Below are positions 46,898-55,442 of a DNA stretch of 61,701 nucleotides, piece after piece. The notes beneath the pieces were generated by a model that was given only the letters and a program-made list of their open reading frames with translations, was not told the DNA's origin and did not search any database. Each line of letters begins with the position of its first letter. Within the stretch, counting starts at the first letter, position 1. The position numbers and the translations under genes are program-made. This DNA comes from Methanomicrobiales archaeon (GTDB taxonomy: Archaea > Halobacteriota > Methanomicrobia > Methanomicrobiales > JACTUA01), in the NCBI GenBank assembly GCA_035517575.1, contig DATIYO010000012.1, forward strand, positions 1 through 61,701, read 5' to 3'.

Positions 46898-47987
46898 GCC
46901 TTATTTCAGGGACAGGGAGAAGATCCTCGGGAGGATCGCGAAGATCCTCGAGTCGGGCAGGCTGATGAACGGCGAGAACACCGCGGCCTTCGAGGCGGCC
47001 TTTGCCCGCACCTGCGGCGCGCGGCACGCCGTCTCCGTGAACTCCTGCACGACGGCCCTCGAGATCACCCTCCGCTCCCTCGACCTCCGCGGGGGCGAGG
47101 TGATCGTACCCGTGAACACCTTCATCGCGACCCCGAACTCGGTCATCTTCGCCGGCGGGAAACCCGTCCTTGCCGAGGTGAAGGAGGGGTCGTACAACCT
47201 CGGCATCGACGAGGTCCAGGAGAAGATCGGGCCCGCGACCCGCGCGGTCATCGCGGTCCACATCGCGGGGGTCGTCTGCGAGGACATCCTCGCGATCCGG
47301 AAACTCTGCGACGAATCGGGGGTCGCGCTCATCGAGGACTGCGCCCACGCGGTGGGGGCGACCCTCGGCGGGAGGATGGCGGGGACCTTCGGGCTCGCCG
47401 GCTGCTTCTCCTTCTACCCGACGAAGGTCATGACGACGGGGACCGGCGGGATGATCCTCACGGGGTCAGACGAGCTGGACGCCTTTGCGCGGAGCGCCCG
47501 GCTCCATGGCGCGAGCGGGAAGGGCACGAGCGAGATCGTGAACGTCGGGAACGACTGGTTCATGGACGAGATCCGGGCGGCGCTCGGCATCGGCCAGCTG
47601 GAGGACCTGGACTTCCAGCTCCGGCGGAGGAGGGAGGTGGCGAAGGCCTACCGGGCCCTGGTCGGCGAGCTCGACGGGTTCTCCTGCTTCCCGCTCCCGA
47701 AGGGATCGGTCCCCGCCTGGTACAAGTTCCCGGTCCAGGCAGGGGAGACCGTCCACCTGCCCCGCCTGAAGCAGCGGGCCTCTGAGAAGTTCCAGCTGGA
47801 GCTCGAGGCGGTTTACTGGCCGACCTGCCACCTCCAGCCGTATTACCGGCGGCTGTTCGGGTTCCGCGAGGGGGATTTCCCGACGAGCGAGGCGATCCTC
47901 TCGCGGCAGGTCTGCCTCCCGATCCACGGGCTCGTGACCGACGAGGACATCCACCAGGTGGCGGCGGCCGTGCGGGGCTCCCTATGA
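46881..47987 (+). CDS. DegT/DnrJ/EryC1/StrS-family PLP sugar aminotransferase (copy 3)
   Basis: Motifs are CTTALEI, IEDCAHAVGA and FSFYPTKVMTTGTGG. It overlaps the upstream SDR by 17 nt. Confidence 0.85.
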   Translation: MVQVARPYFRDREKILGRIAKILESGRLMNGENTAAFEAAFARTCGARHAVSVNSCTTALEITLRSLDLRGGEVIVPVNTFIATPNSVIFAGGKPVLAEVKEGSYNLGIDEVQEKIGPATRAVIAVHIAGVVCEDILAIRKLCDESGVALIEDCAHAVGATLGGRMAGTFGLAGCFSFYPTKVMTTGTGGMILTGSDELDAFARSARLHGASGKGTSEIVNVGNDWFMDEIRAALGIGQLEDLDFQLRRRREVAKAYRALVGELDGFSCFPLPKGSVPAWYKFPVQAGETVHLPRLKQRASEKFQLELEAVYWPTCHLQPYYRRLFGFREGDFPTSEAILSRQVCLPIHGLVTDEDIHQVAAAVRGSL

Positions 47988-48706
47988 TGGTCGGGATCCA
48001 CCAGCCCATGTACCTTCCCTGGCTCGGGTACTTCGACAAGATCCACCGGTGCGACACCTTCGTGATCCTCGACGACGCCGCTTACTCCCGGAATTACTTC
48101 GTCAACCGGAACCGGATCAGGACCAGGGAGGGCTGGATGTGGCTCACGGTCCCCGTACGTTCCAGCGGCCGGTTCGGGCAGCCCATCAACCAGGTCGAGG
48201 TGGACCAGGGCAGGCGCTGGCAGGCCAGGCACTGGCGGAGCATCGGCTACTCGTACGGGAACGCCCCCTTCTTCGGGGAGTACTCGGCGTTCTTCGAGGA
48301 GTTCTACGCGGGGGACCATGCCCGCCTCCAGGCGGTGCTCATGGATCCCCTCAGGTTCCTCCTGGAGTCCCTCGGCATCGGGACGAGGATCCTCCTCTCC
48401 TCCGAGCTCGGGGTGAAGGGCACGAAGGACGAGCGCCTCCTCGCCATCTGCCGCGAGCTCGGGGCCGACTCCTACCTCTCTGGCCCGTCGGGGAAGGACT
48501 ACCTGGACCCCGTCCCCTGGGAGGCCGAGGGCATCGCGGTGCACTTCCACGACTACCGCCACCCCGTGTACCCCCAGGTCCAGGGCGGCGACTTCGTCCC
48601 CGAGATGTCGGTGATCGACCTCCTCTTCAACTGCGGCGGGGACAGCCTCCGGGTCCTCACCGAATCCCAGCCGGACTACGGGGCGAAGGCCGCGGGGGGT
48701 GCCTGA
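47984..48706 (+). CDS. WbqC-family protein
   Basis: MMVGIHQPMYLPWLGYFDKIHRCDTFVILDDAAYSRNYFVNRNRI is the characteristic WbqC N-terminus. The ATGA overlaps the upstream stop. Confidence 0.7.
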   Translation: MMVGIHQPMYLPWLGYFDKIHRCDTFVILDDAAYSRNYFVNRNRIRTREGWMWLTVPVRSSGRFGQPINQVEVDQGRRWQARHWRSIGYSYGNAPFFGEYSAFFEEFYAGDHARLQAVLMDPLRFLLESLGIGTRILLSSELGVKGTKDERLLAICRELGADSYLSGPSGKDYLDPVPWEAEGIAVHFHDYRHPVYPQVQGGDFVPEMSVIDLLFNCGGDSLRVLTESQPDYGAKAAGGA

Positions 48707-49770
48707 TGACGTCCGCCGACGAGCGGATCAGGGCGCTCTTCGCGGGGGAAGACCACGTCTTCCTCATCGCCGAGGCAGGCTGCAACTACGAGGGGGACTT
48801 CGCCCGGGCGGAGGAGATGGTCAGGGCCGCGGCAGGGGCGGGCGCCGATGCCATCAAGTTCCAGACCTTCGTCCCCGAGCGGCTCGTGACGAGGGACGCG
48901 CCCAAGTTCTGGGACATCGAGGGGTGCCCGGGGGCCACCCAGTTCGAGGAGTTTGCACAGACCCCCCAGCTCGTCGAGGCCCAGTACCGCGCCCTGAAGC
49001 GGATCGCAGACGAGGAGGGGATAGTCCTCTTCTCGACGCCCTCGGACGAGAGCTCGGCCGACATGCTCGACGCGCTCGGCCTCCCCCTCGAGAAGATCAG
49101 CTCCATGGACATCACCCACCTCCCCCTGATCCGGCACATCGCGCGGATGGCGAAGCCCGTCATCCTCTCCACGGGGGCCTCGACCATGGACGAGATCCGC
49201 GAGGCGGTGACCGCCATCGAGGGGGAGGGGAACGACCGGATCGCCCTCCTCCACTGCATCACGAGCTACCCCACGCGGCCGGAGGACGTGAACCTGAACA
49301 TGATGAAGGCCATCATGGAGGAGTTCCCCGGATATCCGGTGGGCTACTCGGACCACACGACGATGCCCGAAAGCACGGGGGTGATCACGGCGGCGGTTGC
49401 CCTCGGGGCCCGGGTCATCGAGAAGCACTTCACCTTCGACCGCACCCGGCCGGGGTACGACCACGCGATATCGGCCGATTACCATGATCTCGCCGAGATG
49501 GTGAGGCAGATCTCCTTCACCCGCGGGCTCCTGGGGAGCGGCGTGAAGGCCCCCGTCGGCGCCGAGGAGCGGGCCCGGGCCTGGGCGCGGAGGAGCGTCG
49601 TCGCCCGGGTCCCCATCCCCCGCGGGACGCGGATCACCGGGGAGATGCTCGTCGTCAAGCGGCCGGGCACGGGGATACCCCCGAAGCATCTCGAAGGCCT
49701 CGTCGGCAGGGTGGCGGCCGTGGACATCGCCGGGGACCAGGTGATCACCTGGGAGATGATCGGCCGGTGA
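48706..49770 (+). CDS. NeuB-family nonulosonic acid synthase (NeuB/PseI/LegI/SpsE-like) with a SAF domain
   Basis: The tail of track ORF 48049..49770 starts at ATG 48706, overlapping the WbqC stop by 1 nt. Motifs are FLIAEAGCNYEGDFARAEEMVRAAAGAGADAIKFQTF, ILSTGAS, LLHCITSYPT and GYSDHT. The SAF C-terminus reads RSVVARVPIPRGTRIT...KRPGTGIPP. Confidence 0.85.
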   Translation: MTSADERIRALFAGEDHVFLIAEAGCNYEGDFARAEEMVRAAAGAGADAIKFQTFVPERLVTRDAPKFWDIEGCPGATQFEEFAQTPQLVEAQYRALKRIADEEGIVLFSTPSDESSADMLDALGLPLEKISSMDITHLPLIRHIARMAKPVILSTGASTMDEIREAVTAIEGEGNDRIALLHCITSYPTRPEDVNLNMMKAIMEEFPGYPVGYSDHTTMPESTGVITAAVALGARVIEKHFTFDRTRPGYDHAISADYHDLAEMVRQISFTRGLLGSGVKAPVGAEERARAWARRSVVARVPIPRGTRITGEMLVVKRPGTGIPPKHLEGLVGRVAAVDIAGDQVITWEMIGR

Positions 49771-49813
49771 CCCGCCGGGGCAGGGGGCGGAGAGGGGGAG
49801 CGAGGTTCCCGTC

Positions 49814-52408
49814 GTGAAGGTCGTCGCCGTCATCCAGGCGCGCATGGGCTCGCGGCGGCTGCCCGGGAAGTCCCTGATGGAGATCGGGGGCATCCCCCTC
49901 CTCCGGTACGTCATCGAGCGGGTGAAACAGGCAAAGACCGTCGGGAGGGTCGTCCTCGCGACGAGCACGGCGCCCGAAAACGACCCGCTCTGCACCCTCG
50001 CGGAATCCCTCGGCATCGGCGTGTACCGCGGTTCGGAGGAGGACGTCCTCTCGCGGTTCAGGGAGGTCGCGCGGGAGACCGGCGCGGACCTCGTCGTCAG
50101 GATCTGCGCCGACAACCCGCTCGTGGACGGGGGGGAGATCGACCGGGTCGTCGATCACCACATCCGGACCGGATCGCAGTACTCCTTCAACCATGTCCCG
50201 ACCTGCAGGAACCGGTACCCCGACGGGCTCGGCGCCGAGGTGATCAACGCCGACCTCCTCGCGGCTCTCGATCCGGCCTCCCTCACGCCCGAGGACCGGG
50301 AGCATGTCACCGTCAGGTTCAGGAAGCCTGCGGCCGGGATCTCCGTCGGCGAACCCGGGGCACCCGCGGAGATCCTCGGGCCGGACATCAGGCTCGACAT
50401 CGACACTTCCGACGACTTCGGGCGGATGAAGGGCTTCATCGAGTCCCTGCCGGGAGAACGGAGCCCGTCCTGGACCGCGGAGGAGATCGTCCGGTCGTAC
50501 CGTGCATACTTCGGGAGCAGGGTGATCGTCCTCCTCGGCAGCGGGGAAGATGCGCGGGCCTACTGCTCCCGCTACCAGGGAAAGATCGCGGGCGGGATCC
50601 CCCTCGTCGCATCGCCAGGGGCCTGGTGGGAGCTCGAGAAGCGGGGGATCCCCTGCCTCCTCATCCAGGACTGCTTCGACCGGATGGAGATCTACCGGCT
50701 CGGCATGGAGAATTACCGCAAGGCCGAACAGGTCTGCAGGGCCGTGGATGGGGCGCTCGGAAGGTCGCCCGGGAAAAAGGACGGCGCGGTCGGGCTCCAC
50801 CACCTCGAACCGGCGATGGCCGACTTCTGCCAGGTGAAGTTCCTCCTCGACAATCTCAGCATCAGGGCGAACCTCCTCGGTAAAATCGCGCAGCGGGAGC
50901 GGCCCGACCTCGTCGTCGTCGTGGTCAACCCCGAAGACCAGGAACCTCTCAACCAGAACCCCGACGCGTACCTGGGGGACGAGTGCAACTGGTTCCCCGC
51001 TCTCCTTGAACTCGGGGCAGGCGGGTGCCGGTTCACGACCCTCGAGTATCATGAGGGCGGGAAACAGGGCACCGGGACGGCGCCCCTCACCTCGGGGCAG
51101 GGACGGCTGCGCGATGTCCTCACCCGCTCGGCCATCCTCCATCCCGTCCTCTATACCCTCAGGTTCCACGGATTCTGGAGAGCTCTTCGGGTCCTGCCCT
51201 CGTCCATCATGAACCGGCTCCGGCGCGGGAGGACCCTCCTCCTCCTCGGTTTCGGGTACGACTGGAACCGGATGCTTCCGGAGCTCTCGCTCAGGGGCTA
51301 TTCCGTCCACCCTCTTCTCCCGGAAGAACCTGCAGACGGAGAAAGGGTACCCGTCGATACCTCGTGGGAAGAGGAGGCGAGGCCGCTTCTCCTCTCGGGC
51401 GGGGTCGACCTCTCGCCCCCGATCTTCTCCTACCTTGCCCTCAGGCTGGAGAAGACCCTGGGGGGCATTCCCGGGTGGGTCGAACAGGTGAGGCAGGCCG
51501 TCGGGTCGGCCGGGCCGCTCGCGCTCCTCTCGGGGCCGCGGCAGATGGCGAGGGAGCAGCTCGTCGCGGGGATCGCCCGCTCGCACGGGGTGCCGGTGGT
51601 CACCTGGCAGCACGGGGCCTACGGCGCCCACCGCGCGCCCGTCATGCTCTACACCGAGTTCATGAACTCCGACGTCGTCCTCCTCTGGGGGAGCGGGGTG
51701 AAGGAGACGATGGGGAAGGACGAGCTCAACCGCTTTCCCTGCCGCATGGAAGCCGTCGGGTCCTGCGAACTCCAGGAACTCTACCGCAACCGAAAGGTGA
51801 AGCCTCGCGGGGGGCCGGTCCTCTACGCGACCACCGGATACTACGGGAACGAGCTCTACGTGAGCTACGAGTATCCCGTCCATGACAACGAACTCTGGGC
51901 GACCCAGAAGGCGATCATCGATGCGCTGGGGAACCGGCAGCCTGCCGTCGTCAAGCTCCACCCGTCGGCGAAGGACCAGGAGCAGTTCGAGGGGTTCATC
52001 CGGATGCGCGGGTACCGGAACCTCGCCGTGGCTCACGGGGCGGAGGTGACTTTCACCGGGTACCTGGAGAGGGCCGGAGCGGTGATCATCGACCTGCCCA
52101 CGGGGACGACGCTCCTCCAGGCGATCGCGTCGGGAAAGCCCGTTTTTGTCCTGACGAAATACCTGTCCTTCCTCCCCGAGGCGCTGGAGCTCCTGAAGAA
52201 GCGGGCCTTCTGCAGCCCCGATATCGGGGAGTTCACCGGCCTCGTGGCGGCGTACCTCGAGGGGAAGCCGCTGGACCAGAGCCCGGATCCGGAAAACACC
52301 GCGTTCCTCGAGAGGTACGGGATCGGGAAACCCGACGGCGGGGTATCGGAGCGGGTGCTCGGGGTCCTCGCGGAACCGGGCAGAAAGGCCGGGCCCCGTT
52401 CACCGTGA
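49814..52408 (+). CDS. Fusion protein: an N-terminal SpsF/COG1861-type cytidylyltransferase plus a ~620-aa uncharacterised KLHP-motif (GT-B-like) domain
   Basis: The GTG start gives MKVVAVIQARMGSRRLPGKSL...RICADNPLVD...RLDIDTSDDF (about aa 1-235). An uninterrupted frame then runs to aa 864. It carries VVKLHPS (nt 51953-51964) and AVIIDLPTGTTLLQAIASGKPVFVL. Confidence 0.7.
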   Translation: MKVVAVIQARMGSRRLPGKSLMEIGGIPLLRYVIERVKQAKTVGRVVLATSTAPENDPLCTLAESLGIGVYRGSEEDVLSRFREVARETGADLVVRICADNPLVDGGEIDRVVDHHIRTGSQYSFNHVPTCRNRYPDGLGAEVINADLLAALDPASLTPEDREHVTVRFRKPAAGISVGEPGAPAEILGPDIRLDIDTSDDFGRMKGFIESLPGERSPSWTAEEIVRSYRAYFGSRVIVLLGSGEDARAYCSRYQGKIAGGIPLVASPGAWWELEKRGIPCLLIQDCFDRMEIYRLGMENYRKAEQVCRAVDGALGRSPGKKDGAVGLHHLEPAMADFCQVKFLLDNLSIRANLLGKIAQRERPDLVVVVVNPEDQEPLNQNPDAYLGDECNWFPALLELGAGGCRFTTLEYHEGGKQGTGTAPLTSGQGRLRDVLTRSAILHPVLYTLRFHGFWRALRVLPSSIMNRLRRGRTLLLLGFGYDWNRMLPELSLRGYSVHPLLPEEPADGERVPVDTSWEEEARPLLLSGGVDLSPPIFSYLALRLEKTLGGIPGWVEQVRQAVGSAGPLALLSGPRQMAREQLVAGIARSHGVPVVTWQHGAYGAHRAPVMLYTEFMNSDVVLLWGSGVKETMGKDELNRFPCRMEAVGSCELQELYRNRKVKPRGGPVLYATTGYYGNELYVSYEYPVHDNELWATQKAIIDALGNRQPAVVKLHPSAKDQEQFEGFIRMRGYRNLAVAHGAEVTFTGYLERAGAVIIDLPTGTTLLQAIASGKPVFVLTKYLSFLPEALELLKKRAFCSPDIGEFTGLVAAYLEGKPLDQSPDPENTAFLERYGIGKPDGGVSERVLGVLAEPGRKAGPRSP

Positions 52409-53563
52409 CTTCCCGAGGAGGAGGGGGAGGAAATCCCCCGCCGCGAGGGTCCCGAACCCCCCCTTCGCCGCCTCGCGCTCGGTGAGGCGGGCGGTCCCGT
52501 CCTTTTCGAGGCCAAGCACGGCAAAGGGCACCGGGTCGGGGGTGTGGGTCTTCACCCGGATCGGGGTCGGGTGGTCGGGGAGGACCGCGACGATCCCCGC
52601 GAAGGTCTCCAGGATCGTGCCGAGCATCCCGTCCACCCGCTCGATGGCCTTCACCTTCTCCCCGACGGACCCCAGGTGGCCGGCCTCGTCGGGCGCCTCG
52701 ACGTGGAGGTAGAGGAAGTCGAACCGCTTCAGAGCCTCCACCGCGTACCGGGCCTTCGCCCCGTAGTCGGTGTCGAGGTACCCCGTCGCGCCAGGCACCC
52801 GGATCACCTCCATGCCGGCGAGCCGGGCGATGCCGTTCAGGAGGTCCACCGCCGATATCATCGCACCGGACACGCCGTGGAGGCGGCGGAAGGAGGGCAG
52901 GTCCGGCTTCCTGCCCCCGCTCCAGGGCCAGATCATCGTCGCGGGGCGCTCGCCACGGGCGACCCGTTCGCGGTTCACGGGCTGGTCCCGAAGGATTGCC
53001 CGCGAACGTTCCATCGCCTCCCGGAGCGCCGGTGCATCCCCGCCGGTCGGGAGGTGCGGTTCGATCGGCTGCCCGACGATGTCGTGGGGCGGGGTTGTCA
53101 CGGCTCCTTCCCCGCCCGGTACCACCAGCAGGTTCCGGTACGAGACGCCGGGATAGTAGGCGATACCTCCTGCGGAGCCCGCGGCCATGGACCTGATGAG
53201 CTCGCCGCCCTCGCGGCTCGGGATGTGGCCCGCCGAGAAGTCCACCATCACCCCGTCCGTCACGGTGACCAGGTTGCACCGGTAGGCGACGTCCCGGTCC
53301 CCGAGGGGGACGCCCATGCTCGCCGCCTCGATGGGCCCGCGGCCCGTGTAATAGGTCCCGGGGTCGTACCCGAGGATGGAGAGGTTCGCGATGTCGCTCC
53401 CCGGCTCGAAACCGGGCGGGATGGTCCTGAGCAGCCCGCAGGCGCCCTCCGTCGCGACCCGGTCGAAGTTCGGGGTGCGGGCGTACTCGAGGGGGGTCTT
53501 CCCGCCGAGCTCGGCGAGGGGCTCGTCGGCCATCCCGTCGCCGAGGACGACGAGGACCTTCAC
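52400..53563 (-). CDS. apgM: Cofactor-independent phosphoglycerate mutase, archaeal type
   Basis: The N-terminus reads MKVLVVLGDGMADEPLAELGGKTPLEYARTPNFDRVA...GSDIANLSILGYDP...YYTGRGPIEA. The protein is 387 aa. Its 3' end overlaps the convergent gene 49814..52408 by 9 nt. Confidence 0.85.
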   Translation of the reverse strand: MKVLVVLGDGMADEPLAELGGKTPLEYARTPNFDRVATEGACGLLRTIPPGFEPGSDIANLSILGYDPGTYYTGRGPIEAASMGVPLGDRDVAYRCNLVTVTDGVMVDFSAGHIPSREGGELIRSMAAGSAGGIAYYPGVSYRNLLVVPGGEGAVTTPPHDIVGQPIEPHLPTGGDAPALREAMERSRAILRDQPVNRERVARGERPATMIWPWSGGRKPDLPSFRRLHGVSGAMISAVDLLNGIARLAGMEVIRVPGATGYLDTDYGAKARYAVEALKRFDFLYLHVEAPDEAGHLGSVGEKVKAIERVDGMLGTILETFAGIVAVLPDHPTPIRVKTHTPDPVPFAVLGLEKDGTARLTEREAAKGGFGTLAAGDFLPLLLGKSR

Positions 53564-54498
53564 CGGCGTTCCCCCGCGAGGGCGGCGGCCGCGGCCCGGA
53601 CGCTCTCCCGCGAGCCCATCGAGGGGGTCCAGCCGAGGGCCCTGAGCTTCTCCACCGAGAGGAGCATCCTCGGGACGTCGCCCACCCAGCCGCGGTCCCC
53701 GCCGGTGAACCGGTACTCCACCCCCGAAAGGCCGAGGGCCCCGACCACGAGGTCCGCTATCTCTTTCACGTCGATCCAGTCCTCAGACCCGATGTTGAAG
53801 ACGTTGCAGGTCCCGCGTGCCGATTCGGCGGCGTGGAGCATCGCCCGCACGCACTCGCGGACCTCCAGGTAGGACTTCGCCTGCCGCCCGTCCCCGAGGA
53901 TCTCGAGGGAACGGGGGTCTGCGCGGAGCTTCCCGATGAAGTCCCGGATGACCCCGTGGTTCGACCGTTCGCCGATGATGTTCGCGAACCGGAAGACCCA
54001 GGCCTTCATGCCATAGGAGTGGCAGTAGGCCGAGATGAGCGCCTCGCAGGCGAGCTTGCTCGCGGCATAGACCGAGATGGGCTCGAGGGGGGTGTAGTCC
54101 TCGGGGGTCGGGATGACCGAGGCCTCCCCGTACACGGTCGAGGTCGAGGTGAAGACGAGGCGGGGGACGTCCCTCCGGCGCATCGCCTCGAGCACCCGCG
54201 CCGTCGCGAGGATGTTGTTCCGGATCACCGGCTCGGGCCGGATCCCGCTCATGCGCACGTCGGGGTCGGCGGCCAGGTGGTAGACCGTCCCCGCCCCCTC
54301 GAGGACCTGCTCCCAGCCCTCCCCGTTCAGGTCCATCCGGTGGAAGGTGCACCGGCCGGTCGGGAGGGAGGCCGCGAGGTTCGCGAGGCTCCCGGTCGCG
54401 AGGCTGTCGATGACCGCGACCCGTTCGCCCCTCCCGACGAGGGCGTCCACGAGGTGCGAGCCGATGAACCCGCACCCGCCGGTGACCACCGCGTCCAT
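53560..54498 (-). CDS. NAD-dependent epimerase/dehydratase (UDP-glucose 4-epimerase-like)
   Basis: Motifs are MDAVVTGGCGFIGSH, STSTVYG and YAASKLACE. Its stop overlaps the apgM start (4 nt). Confidence 0.8.
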   Translation of the reverse strand: MDAVVTGGCGFIGSHLVDALVGRGERVAVIDSLATGSLANLAASLPTGRCTFHRMDLNGEGWEQVLEGAGTVYHLAADPDVRMSGIRPEPVIRNNILATARVLEAMRRRDVPRLVFTSTSTVYGEASVIPTPEDYTPLEPISVYAASKLACEALISAYCHSYGMKAWVFRFANIIGERSNHGVIRDFIGKLRADPRSLEILGDGRQAKSYLEVRECVRAMLHAAESARGTCNVFNIGSEDWIDVKEIADLVVGALGLSGVEYRFTGGDRGWVGDVPRMLLSVEKLRALGWTPSMGSRESVRAAAAALAGERR

Positions 54499-54522
54499 GG
54501 GAGCTTATTTGCCCTCCCCATG

Positions 54523-54529
54523 TAAAATA
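54523..54529. promoter_or_regulatory. Putative shared or bidirectional TATA element (TAAAATA)
   Basis: This is the only AT-rich element in the 59-68 nt divergent gap. It is centred ~28 nt from ATG 54498 (minus) and ~32-41 nt from GTG 54558 / ATG 54567 (plus). Confidence 0.3.
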
Positions 54530-54566
54530 CCGGTGTCCCCATGAACCGGCCGCGGCGGTGTCCCTG

Positions 54567-55442
54567 ATGGCAGACCCACTCACCCGGGTGGAGTTCACGC
54601 ACCTCGACAAGGTCCTCTACCCCGCGGCGGGGATCAGGAAGCTCGAGGTGGTCAGGTACTTCATCCGGATGGCCCCGCGGATGCTCCCCTTCCTCAAGGG
54701 CCGGCCCATCGTCCTCACGCGATACCCCGACGGGGCGGGGGCGAAGGGCTTCTACGAGAAGGACGCGCCGATGGGGACCCCCGACTGGGTCGAGACCTTC
54801 GCCCACTGGTCCGAGACGGCGGAGCGGACGGTCCACTTCATCGTCTGCAACAACCTGGACACGCTCCTCTGGATCGCGAACCTCGACGCCCTGGAGATCC
54901 ACATGATCCTCGCCCCGACCCGCACCCCCGGGAACCCGGACCTCCTCTTCATTGATCTGGACCCCGAGCCGCCGGCGACCACCGCCGACGCGGCCAGGAT
55001 CGCCCTCCTGGTCCGGGACCGGCTCGCCTCCCAGGGCGTGCGGATCTCCGTGAAGACGTCGGGGAAGCGGGGCTTCCACATGGTCGTCCCCCTCGTCCCG
55101 GGCCTCACCTATGCCGAGGTCCGGGGCTTCGTCCACGCGATGGGGCGCGAGCTCGCCCGGGAGGACGCCCTCGTCGCATCCGAGGCGCCCGGCCCCTCGA
55201 ACCCGGGGAAGGTCTTCGTCGACTACGGCCAGAACAGCCACGGCCGGACCATGGTCGCCCCCTACAGCCCCCGCGCCACCCCCGCGGCGACGGTCTCCGC
55301 GCCGGTCTCCTGGGAGGAGGTGGGCAAAGGGATAAACCCCGGTGACTTCCATATCAGGAGTGTCCCCGAGCGGCAGGAGGACCCCTGGGAGGGCATCCTC
55401 CGGCACCGGCAGGGACTGCCCGGAGGAGGGAGGCCCGGTTGA
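54567..55442 (+). CDS. NHEJ polymerase/primase (LigD Pol domain, archaeo-eukaryotic primase superfamily)
   Basis: This is track ORF 54558..55442, which starts at GTG. The alternative ATG is at 54567. The sequence reads LTRVEFTHLDKVLYP...RYPDG...FYEKD...DLDP...KTSGKRGFHMVVPL...VDYGQN. Confidence 0.8.
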   Translation: MADPLTRVEFTHLDKVLYPAAGIRKLEVVRYFIRMAPRMLPFLKGRPIVLTRYPDGAGAKGFYEKDAPMGTPDWVETFAHWSETAERTVHFIVCNNLDTLLWIANLDALEIHMILAPTRTPGNPDLLFIDLDPEPPATTADAARIALLVRDRLASQGVRISVKTSGKRGFHMVVPLVPGLTYAEVRGFVHAMGRELAREDALVASEAPGPSNPGKVFVDYGQNSHGRTMVAPYSPRATPAATVSAPVSWEEVGKGINPGDFHIRSVPERQEDPWEGILRHRQGLPGGGRPG

